This document shows, piece by piece, positions 49,413 through 56,978 of a stretch of 64,000 nucleotides of DNA (the first letter of the stretch is position 1; the number at the start of each line of letters is the position of its first letter). The stretch is from an uncultured Candidatus Entotheonella sp. (GTDB taxonomy: Bacteria > Tectomicrobia > Entotheonellia > Entotheonellales > Entotheonellaceae): assembly GCA_965215335.1 (NCBI GenBank), contig CBDCDA010000001.1:1600001-1664000 (forward strand), given 5' to 3'. Under the pieces are notes generated by a model. The model saw nothing but the letters and a program-made list of their open reading frames with translations, searched no databases and was not told the DNA's origin. The translations under genes and the position numbers were made by a program.

Positions 49413-51179
49413 TTATTGCTTGTACGTCCCGAAAGAACCGGCGATATTGCGGTTGCCGTCCGTAGCGCCGAACGCCCCGGCGAAGGAGGTCGGGTGGGCT
49501 GTCGGGTCGGTATCGTCATTGCCGAAGAACTTTGCGTCCCATCCGCCCTGCCAGCCTTCATCGGAGTGGACCTCTCCGCCGATAAACCCACCAGACAGGA
49601 AACTTTCCTCATCCCCTGGCCATCCTGGGGATATATTGGTATTGCCAGGGTCGTCATTAAAGTCATCTGCCGTCAACAGCAATTCGCTCAGGGGTGAGGG
49701 CTTCCCACTACCCAACTCAAAATTGGATACCGACCCCGAGATCATGCCATTCTCGCCTTCCGAGCCGAAGTCAGCCATGAACTCCACGTCCGCGCTGAAG
49801 GTATCGATATCCGGGATCACTGTCTCCGCGTACATCCCGGTTGCCTTGCCGGTGTACCTGGCGGTGCCGACAAGATCCGTGAGATTGGCCCCCACGAAGG
49901 CATCGTCACCACCCGCGAAAATGCCGAAGCGGAACGCATCAGGGTCCGTGGCGTCTTCTGGAACATACAGCCAACTGCCAAGGCTGAGGTAGTCCACCTT
50001 CGGAACTTCGGCGGAGGAGGAAGAACGAAAAGTAGGGCGAACGAATGCCGATCCACCTGTGCCCTCGGGTGTAAACAGCACGGGGTCTGAGCCTATCCAG
50101 GGAACGTATCCTGGACCCACCCAAGAAGTGACGAGATCACAATACCCCTCGGGGCACGTAAACGTCCCCGCAACACCGTCGAGAGTTCCTTCCAGACCCT
50201 CCTCCGGTATTGGAAAATACAAGACATCCCGTCCGGGAAGGTCAGGGATACGGTCGTCGTTCAGGAGAATCTCCTCGCCAGGGGGTTCCAGAACCCAAGT
50301 AAATGGCCGTGCGGGATTGTCGGAATCCTCCAGGTCGGTGAAGAGGCGGACCATCAGAGTCCCGTCGCTTTCGTACGCTCTCACTACCTCGAATCCCTGC
50401 CACCCCGTTCCAAGGCCATGATCCTCAATCGGGCTGTACGATGTTGTTACGCCCTCTATGTCGTCGTTGAGCGCGGGTGACCAAAAATTTGTCGCAACCC
50501 AGATTGGAGGATCCCCTTGAAGAGGTTCCGGTTCTATATTGAATGCAAATTCCACCTGCCCCTCATCGCCGCGCCATGGAATGGCATAGTGGAGGCGTTC
50601 CCCATGGTCCTTGTACCCAATGTCGTAAGTGATAGACACGGAGGAATAATCAGTGCCAGACCAAACAGAGCCGCATCCAGTGTCAAGGTCGCATCGGTGG
50701 GGCTGTCCCGGGGCTGCGACCTTCTCAATTGCATGCGCCACCGCCGCGTCAAAGGGGAAGTCAGCCAGGGCTTGCTCGGCGGCCATTTTGTCGGCTTCGG
50801 CAACGGCTTGCGCCTGTTCGGCCGTCATCTGGGCGGCTTCGGCGGCAGCTTTCGCCTGTTCGGCGGCCATTTTGTCGGCTTCGGCAACGGCTTGCGCCTG
50901 TTCGGCGGCCATTTTGTCGGCTTCGGCAGCGGCTTGCGCCTGTTCGGCCGTCATCTGGGCGGCTTCGGCGGCAGCTTTCGCCTGTTCGGCGGCCATTTTG
51001 TCGGCTTCGGCAGCGGCTTGCGCCTGTTCGGCCGTCATCTGGGCGGCCTGTGCCATATCCAATTGCTCCTCCAACTCAGCCACCCTGCCATCATCAGAGC
51101 TTGAACAACCAACCACCGCCGCGCAGAGCGCGACGACCGAGCAAACCACCATCACCTGACGGATCAACATCAGCATCAT
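49413..51179 (-). CDS. surface lipoprotein: lipobox, alanine-rich repeat stalk and TbpB-like C-terminal beta-barrel
   Basis: Signal ends AVVG-C25; 14-aa repeats; C-terminus TARYTGKATGMY..FSADVEFMADFG..ISGSVSNF..GGWDAKFFG..AGAFGA..GSFG matches the TbpB-type 8-stranded barrel pattern; GGGAGG RBS. Confidence 0.75.
   Translation of the reverse strand: MMLMLIRQVMVVCSVVALCAAVVGCSSSDDGRVAELEEQLDMAQAAQMTAEQAQAAAEADKMAAEQAKAAAEAAQMTAEQAQAAAEADKMAAEQAQAVAEADKMAAEQAKAAAEAAQMTAEQAQAVAEADKMAAEQALADFPFDAAVAHAIEKVAAPGQPHRCDLDTGCGSVWSGTDYSSVSITYDIGYKDHGERLHYAIPWRGDEGQVEFAFNIEPEPLQGDPPIWVATNFWSPALNDDIEGVTTSYSPIEDHGLGTGWQGFEVVRAYESDGTLMVRLFTDLEDSDNPARPFTWVLEPPGEEILLNDDRIPDLPGRDVLYFPIPEEGLEGTLDGVAGTFTCPEGYCDLVTSWVGPGYVPWIGSDPVLFTPEGTGGSAFVRPTFRSSSSAEVPKVDYLSLGSWLYVPEDATDPDAFRFGIFAGGDDAFVGANLTDLVGTARYTGKATGMYAETVIPDIDTFSADVEFMADFGSEGENGMISGSVSNFELGSGKPSPLSELLLTADDFNDDPGNTNISPGWPGDEESFLSGGFIGGEVHSDEGWQGGWDAKFFGNDDTDPTAHPTSFAGAFGATDGNRNIAGSFGTYKQ
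50769..51047 (-). repeat. 42-bp (14-aa) coding tandem repeats, about 6.5 units, with higher-order structure
   Basis: AEQAQAAAEADKMA / AEQAKAAAEAAQMT / AEQAQAVAEADKMA units, near-identical at DNA level. Confidence 0.92.
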
Positions 51180-51220
51180 TGTGAGGCCTCCCGCAATTGA
51201 AAGTCGTTCATCGTGTCGAA

Positions 51221-51398
51221 ATAACTGTCATTACAGGATGTAAAAAAACCTCGTAATGCCGCCCGAAACCCCGCCTGACCTGAAGCCATCTGCACCGCAT
51301 CGGTTGGCAAAAAGGGATGAAATCCATGCCCTACGCCCGTCCAAGTCTCGAAGTTTACGCTTGACACAGGCATTATTGCATCCTGTAATGACAGTTAT
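51221..51398. promoter_or_regulatory. segment bounded by perfect 20-bp inverted repeats carrying a sigma70 promoter (candidate invertible promoter)
   Basis: ATAACTGTCATTACAGGATG (51221-51240) and CATCCTGTAATGACAGTTAT (51379-51398); TTGACA (51361-66)-N17-TGTAAT (51384-89). Confidence 0.75.
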
Positions 51399-51443
51399 CA
51401 GACTGAATTGAGCCTTGTTTTCAGGCGCACGGGAGGTCTTTTT

Positions 51444-52361
51444 ATGACGATGGAATCAGCGCCGATTGTCAGTCCGGTTTCGGGCCCGCTGTGGACAGCT
51501 GCGGATCTGGTACAAGCGTCGATCGCCGAGAATACGCGCCGGGCTTACGAGGGGGCGCTGCGGCAGTTCGAGCAGTCGGCATGCTCGGAGACGGACGCCG
51601 GGGTGGCGGCGTACCTTGGCAGGTTGTACGAACAGGGGCGGTCCGCGGCCTGCGCCGGCATGGTGGTTGCGGCGTTGCGCTTTCGAGCCAGGCTGCACGG
51701 TCGGCCGTCTCCGGTGGGTGCGGCGACGACCCGGGTGTTGGCCGGGTTCCGGCGCGAGGCGGCGGGCCGAGGCCGGGGCATGGTAGCCGGGGTGCGCTGG
51801 GAGCAGGCGGACCGGGTGGCAGCGATGGCCGAACGGCAGGGGAACATGGCCGGACTGAGGGATGCCGCGATGGTAGCGGTGGCGAGTGACGCGCTGCTCC
51901 GGGTGTCGGAGGTCGCGGCTCTGGTCGTGTCGGACGTGGACTTGGCGGAGCAGACGGTGCTGATCCGGCGCGGCAAGACGGATCAGACGGGCAAGGGCGT
52001 GATGCAATTTCTGGGGCAGCCGACAACGGAGCGTATCCGGGCTTGGCTGCGGGCTTCCGGCCTGACGGGCGGGGCGTTGTTCCGGGCCGTCAACAAATCG
52101 GGTCGGATTCAGGGCCAGCACCTGGCGGTGCGGAACATCCGGCGGATCATTACCCAGCGGGCCAGGGCCGCCGGGGTGGACGGTCGGGTGAGCGGTCACA
52201 GCCTGCGCGTGGGCAGCGCGCAGAGCCTGGCGACCGCCGGGGCCTCCTTGGTCGAGATGCAGGTAGCCGGGCGCTGGCGGTCGCCAGCCATGCCGGGGCG
52301 CTACGCGCAAGGACAACTGGCAAAATGGGGAGCCGTGGCACGACTCCGGTACGGGTTGTGA
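51444..52361 (+). CDS. Cre-like tyrosine recombinase
   Basis: N-terminal ENTRRAY SAM-like domain; catalytic R (LLRVSE), K (RGKTD), HxxR (SGHSLRVG), W (GRW) and Y (PGRY); GGGAGG RBS. Confidence 0.93.
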   Translation: MTMESAPIVSPVSGPLWTAADLVQASIAENTRRAYEGALRQFEQSACSETDAGVAAYLGRLYEQGRSAACAGMVVAALRFRARLHGRPSPVGAATTRVLAGFRREAAGRGRGMVAGVRWEQADRVAAMAERQGNMAGLRDAAMVAVASDALLRVSEVAALVVSDVDLAEQTVLIRRGKTDQTGKGVMQFLGQPTTERIRAWLRASGLTGGALFRAVNKSGRIQGQHLAVRNIRRIITQRARAAGVDGRVSGHSLRVGSAQSLATAGASLVEMQVAGRWRSPAMPGRYAQGQLAKWGAVARLRYGL

Positions 52362-52379
52362 TCTCGCCTTTGTGCATGC

Positions 52380-52990
52380 GGAACAGCTGCCCTCGCTGCC
52401 TGAACTCCTCCGCCGTCACCCTTCGCCCCCGATACCTGCCGTGCCGTTTCCCGCACGCCGATAGCCTCTGCGGCTTCAGACATCGGATAGCGCCTCGTCC
52501 CGGCTGCAAACAACGAATTGCCTGTCCGCTTGCGCGCCTTAGCGGGCGTTGTAAAAGCCTTGTTCGGGTTTTGCCGACGTGGAGCGTTTGATGTCGATGG
52601 CCCAAAGGCCGTGGGGGGGACCGGCATGTCGATGAGGAGGGCGATCTCGGCGCCGGCGGCGGTGCGATAGAAGCTGGTGCGGGTACAGTCCGGGGTCATG
52701 GACGACAGGTTTTCAATGACGAACGTCTCCCAGCCTGGGCCAACGACGGGATGACCGCAGGGGAACATTGCAGTCCCGGATGCCGAGCAGGGCGTGCAGC
52801 AAGCCGGTGGCGCACACGTACACCTTGGGGGGCTTCACCAGCCGCTTACCGGTATTGGCGTGGTAGGGGGCAGTCATCGAACCAGCAGCAGATCGGCCAC
52901 CAGATCGATGTATCTGGAAACCGCGGGAGATCTCAGCGACAGCCCGGAGGCAAGGCGGGAGGCGTTGCCAATTTTCCTTGCCCGACTCTC
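52380..52990 (-). pseudogene. C-terminal remnant of an AAA+ ATPase with DUF4143 domain
   Basis: Fragments SRYIDLVADLLLVR-stop, PYHANTGKRLVKPPKVYV..GLLHALLG, GHPVVG..WETFVIENL, FYRTAAGAEI and WAIDIKRS in shifting frames. Confidence 0.8.
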
Positions 52991-53017
52991 GCCAGGGGAG
53001 AAAGCGTGGCAATTCGC

Positions 53018-53944
53018 TCACCGCGTGCCGCGCAGGCGCGGGTCGAGAGTGTCGCGGATGCCGTCGCCGAAGAGGTTGAAGGCGAGCACGGTGAGGGTGA
53101 TGGCCAAACCGGGGAAGAACACCAGCCACCACGGCGGGACGAGGCCGGAATTCAGGGAATCGGCCAGCAGGTTGCCCCAGGTGGGGGTTGGGGGCGGGAT
53201 GCCGACGCCGAGAAAGCCGAGGGCCGACTCGATGACGATGGCGACGCCCAGGTGGGTGGTGGCGAGAATCAGGTAGGGGGCGATGCACTGGGGCAGGAGG
53301 TGCAACGCCATGATGCGCAGCGTCGAGGCGCCGATGCCGCGGGCGGCTTCGACGTAAGCGATTTCTTTCAGCGACAGCGCCACGGCGCGCACCACCCGGC
53401 CGCCGAAGGGGATGCGGGTGATGGCGATGGCGACGATGACCGTCCACGTGCCGGTGCCGAGCGCCATCGAGATGGCCATGGCCAGGATGAGGTCCGGGAA
53501 CGATTGCAGAACCTCGATGATGCGTTGACTGAGGATGTCGAAGCGGCCGCCGATGTAGCCGCTGGCCAGACCCCACAGCGAGCCGGTGGTGGTGCCCAGA
53601 AGTACCGCGGCAATGGCCACCACGAGCGAGGAGCGACTGCCGTAGATCACCCGGCTCAGATTGTCGCGGCCAATCTGGTCGGTGCCGAAGTAGTTCAGCG
53701 CGTCCGGCGGTTTCGACATGCGCCTGAAGTTGGCCTTCAGCGGGTCGTGCGGGGCGATCAACGGCGCGACGATCGCCATGACGAGAATCGCCGTCGCCAC
53801 CACGCCCCAGAAGGCGGACAGGGGATTGCGCCGCACGAAGGTGCGCAGGCCGCGCCAGACCCGCGCTTGACGCGACAGGGTGACATCGTCGTCCGGGACG
53901 GACGCGGCCGGAGGGCTTGGGCTATACGCTTGCATATCCATCAA
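53018..53944 (-). CDS. peptide/nickel ABC transporter permease (DppC/OppC-like)
   Basis: FGTDQIGRDNLSRVIYG, YVEAARGIGAS, ESALGFLG and FNLFGDGIRD. Confidence 0.95.
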   Translation of the reverse strand: MMDMQAYSPSPPAASVPDDDVTLSRQARVWRGLRTFVRRNPLSAFWGVVATAILVMAIVAPLIAPHDPLKANFRRMSKPPDALNYFGTDQIGRDNLSRVIYGSRSSLVVAIAAVLLGTTTGSLWGLASGYIGGRFDILSQRIIEVLQSFPDLILAMAISMALGTGTWTVIVAIAITRIPFGGRVVRAVALSLKEIAYVEAARGIGASTLRIMALHLLPQCIAPYLILATTHLGVAIVIESALGFLGVGIPPPTPTWGNLLADSLNSGLVPPWWLVFFPGLAITLTVLAFNLFGDGIRDTLDPRLRGTR

Positions 53945-54074
53945 GTGGTTCGTGGCCAGGCGTCCGGATTCCCGCCTTGCCGAATTGGCGAACGATGTCC
54001 ATGGCTCCCGGCACGCGCCATCGACTCAGAGCTGTTGGACGACCAGCCCCGTCACTATTCACTGACCACCGCCT

Positions 54075-55031
54075 TTACTGGTAGTGAATCCTCGGATCAA
54101 ACCAGGCATACGTGACGTCCACCAGGACGTTCACCAGCACGAAGACGAACGAGTAAAGGAACACGAGATTCTGCATCACCATGACGTCGCGCTCGATCAC
54201 CGCGGTGATCATGGCGCGGCCGAGGCCGGGAACGCCGAACGCCTGCTCGATCGGGATCGAGCCGCCCAGCACGATCCCCATCAGGACGCCGGACAGCGTA
54301 ATGACGGGCAGCAGCGCGTTCGGCAAGGCGTGACGATTCACCACCAGGCGCTCGATGACCCCCTTGGCGCGGGCCGTGCGGACGTAGTCTTCCCGAATGA
54401 CTTCCAATAACGAAGACCGCGCCATGCGGGCAATGTAGGCGGCCTGGCCAACCCCCAGCACCAGCGCCGGCCCGATGACGATCTGCAGGTTGGCCCACGG
54501 GTCCTCCCACAACGGCACCCCGGTGAGTGGCGCCTTGTAGCCCAACCGGAACAGCAGGGCGAGCACGATGAGGATGCCGAGCCAGAAGCCGGGGATGGCC
54601 AGGAAGAGGATCGACATGATCCGCGCGCCCGTATCCGCCAGGGTGTTGGGGCGCAAGGCGCTGATGATGCCCACCGGCAGCCCCACGAGCCACGAGATCA
54701 GCACCGACAGCACGCCGATTTCGACGCTCAACGGGCCGCGGCGCACAATCATGTCGGCGACGCTCTCGTCGCGGAAGAACGACCTGCCCAGCTCGCCGGT
54801 GACGACGTCGCCCATCCATTTGAGGTACTGCACGGGCAGCGGGTCGCTGAGGCCGAGCTCGGCCATGTAGTACGCACGGTCCTCGGCGGTCAGTTTGGTA
54901 AAGCCTTCCATGCCGAAGATGGCCACCAGCGGGTCGCCGGGCAGGACGCGCATGAGCACGAAGACGATCATCGACACGCCGATCATCGTCATCAGGCCGA
55001 AGCCGAGGCGCCGCAGAATGTATTCGTACAA
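54075..55031 (-). CDS. peptide/nickel ABC transporter permease (DppB/OppB-like)
   Basis: YILRRL, LPGDP, EDYVRTARAKG, HALPNAL and DPRIHY. Confidence 0.95.
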   Translation of the reverse strand: MYEYILRRLGFGLMTMIGVSMIVFVLMRVLPGDPLVAIFGMEGFTKLTAEDRAYYMAELGLSDPLPVQYLKWMGDVVTGELGRSFFRDESVADMIVRRGPLSVEIGVLSVLISWLVGLPVGIISALRPNTLADTGARIMSILFLAIPGFWLGILIVLALLFRLGYKAPLTGVPLWEDPWANLQIVIGPALVLGVGQAAYIARMARSSLLEVIREDYVRTARAKGVIERLVVNRHALPNALLPVITLSGVLMGIVLGGSIPIEQAFGVPGLGRAMITAVIERDVMVMQNLVFLYSFVFVLVNVLVDVTYAWFDPRIHYQ

Positions 55032-55124
55032 GAGAATGGCCCCGGATAGTGAACAGGGGTTGGTGATCAGCGGCTGGCAAAGCCCGATTTCTGGCCGCTA
55101 GCTACTGACCCCTAATCACCAGAT

Positions 55125-56813
55125 TCACTTGTCCATCCAGAAGGTATCGAAGCGCACCACGTCGTAGATGCCGAAATAGTTGTACGGATTGTGGCCCTTG
55201 ACGTAGTCGTACCAGCCGTCGTTGATCTTCTCCCACGCCACCGGGATCAGCGGCGGGTCCTGCTCCATCACGGCCTCCGCCTGCCGTACCAGGTCCTTGC
55301 GCCTGGCGTCGTCGAGCTCGCGGTCGATCTGCAGCACCAGGTCCTGAAATTTGGGGTTGAACCACTTGGAATAGTTCTGCGGACCGTCCTTGCCGTACCA
55401 GGCGTTGAAGTAATCCGAGGGATCGATCAGCGTCGACACGATGGCGCTGATGGTGAAGTCGAATTTCCCCGCCAGGGCCTCGTCGAACCACACCGACACC
55501 TGCACCGTGCGCAGGTTGGTCTGGATGTTCAGGATTTCTCGCAGCATGGCCTGTATGGCTACCGACCAGAGCTTGAAGCTGGCCGCCTCGCGGATCATGA
55601 AATCCACGTCCTTGATGCCGTCGGCGTAGCCGGCAGCCGCCATGAGCTGGCGCGCTTCGCGGATGGCGGCGGTGGGGTCGGACTGGTAACCCGGGCGCTC
55701 GGCCAACTTGTCTGGCGGCGTGGCGAAATCCGAGAACGGGTAGATGAAGCCGCCCACCAGCATGGGCGCCACGTCCCGGACAACGTCCACCAGCACGGCG
55801 CGGTCCAGCACGAGGTGAATGGCGCGCCGTACCCTGGGGTCCCGGAACGCCTCGCGCTCGTTGTTGACCCAGATCGCCTGGATGACGCTCTGGTAGTAGT
55901 CGGTGCCGGACATCCCCGGGGTGCCCTGCACGGTCTTGAGGCTCACGGGATCGAGCAGGCGCGCGTAGTCGAGGTTGCCAGCCAGCAGCGCGGCGCCCAA
56001 CTGGGGCGAGAACGGCGGCAGGTGGTAGAACTCGATGCCGTCGAGATAGGGAAGGCCCTCGTTCCAGTAATCCGGGTTGCGCTCCATCACCCACACCTCC
56101 TTGTCGATGCGGCTGACGGAGCGGAACGGGCCGGTGCCGGGATAATCCGGGATTTGCCGCAGGCTGTAGTTGTTGTCCTCCAGCGTCTTCTTGCGCACGA
56201 TGATGTTCCAGCCGCTGGCGAAGGCGCCGAGCATGAAGTTCTGTGGGCGCGGCTCGCCGAGCTTGAATTCGATGGTGTGGGCATCGCGGACGTTGATGTC
56301 GCTCACGGTGGCGAACAGCGGCGTCCGCGGACTGCTGAAACCACGCGGCGGCTGGATGATGCGCTGGTAGGTCGCCTTCACGTCCTCGGCCGTCAAGTCG
56401 GCGCCGTCGTGGAAGGTGACGCCCTTGCGCAGGAAGAACGTGTACGTCTTGCCGTCGGGGGAAATCTCCCAGCTGTGCGCCAGATCCGGGATGATCGTCT
56501 GGCCGCTGTCGAGCGGATTGCGGCGGATCAGGTTGTCGTACATGCAGCCCTGGGTGCCCATGTTGGAGACGGTGCCGGACTGATGCACGTCGAAATGCGC
56601 CGGCGCGTTCAACACGCCGTAGCGCAGCACGCCGCCGCGCTTGGGGTTGGGCTCCGGGGCCTGGAGCCTGAACGCCGAACCGTCGAACGAGCTGGGCGTC
56701 TGTGCCTCGCCGAGGCCGAGGGAAAGGCCGTAGACGCCCGCAGCGGCAGCCGCCGAGGTTCCCAGCAGACCGCGCCGGGTCCACTGTGCCGGAACGGGAT
56801 AGCAGTTGGACAT
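55125..56813 (-). CDS. ABC transporter substrate-binding protein (family 5), Tat signal
   Basis: TRRGLL twin-arginine; PKRGGVL, PDLAHSWEISPDG, LRKGVTFHDG and GTGPF. Confidence 0.93.
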   Translation of the reverse strand: MSNCYPVPAQWTRRGLLGTSAAAAAGVYGLSLGLGEAQTPSSFDGSAFRLQAPEPNPKRGGVLRYGVLNAPAHFDVHQSGTVSNMGTQGCMYDNLIRRNPLDSGQTIIPDLAHSWEISPDGKTYTFFLRKGVTFHDGADLTAEDVKATYQRIIQPPRGFSSPRTPLFATVSDINVRDAHTIEFKLGEPRPQNFMLGAFASGWNIIVRKKTLEDNNYSLRQIPDYPGTGPFRSVSRIDKEVWVMERNPDYWNEGLPYLDGIEFYHLPPFSPQLGAALLAGNLDYARLLDPVSLKTVQGTPGMSGTDYYQSVIQAIWVNNEREAFRDPRVRRAIHLVLDRAVLVDVVRDVAPMLVGGFIYPFSDFATPPDKLAERPGYQSDPTAAIREARQLMAAAGYADGIKDVDFMIREAASFKLWSVAIQAMLREILNIQTNLRTVQVSVWFDEALAGKFDFTISAIVSTLIDPSDYFNAWYGKDGPQNYSKWFNPKFQDLVLQIDRELDDARRKDLVRQAEAVMEQDPPLIPVAWEKINDGWYDYVKGHNPYNYFGIYDVVRFDTFWMDK

Positions 56814-56836
56814 GATGAGCATCTCCTCGCGGTACG

Positions 56837-56875
56837 CCCCCCCCTCCCTAACCCTCCCCCTCTAAGGGGAGGGGA
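56837..56875 (+). repeat. REP-like palindromic element, copy 2
   Basis: ccccctccctaaccctccccctctaaggggagggga. Confidence 0.6.
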
Positions 56876-56978
56876 TAACCTCATTAAGGAGAGCGGGCCG
56901 GGGTGAAGCGGAAACCAGGGTGACACGCTACCGAGGCCCCCGGCGAGCGGGCGCCCCTCGCCACAGCGTGGCCAGGGT

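Noticed and set aside
50769..51047. Regular repeats as a CRISPR array
   Set aside because: Units are contiguous 42-bp in-frame coding repeats with no unique spacers, and there are no cas genes.
51444..52361. TnpS/TnpT resolution module of a Tn3-family transposon, or a shufflon
   Set aside because: The divergent partner is a lipoprotein, not TnpT. I saw no tnpA or 38-bp ends, and only two recombination-like sites with no alternative 3' cassettes.
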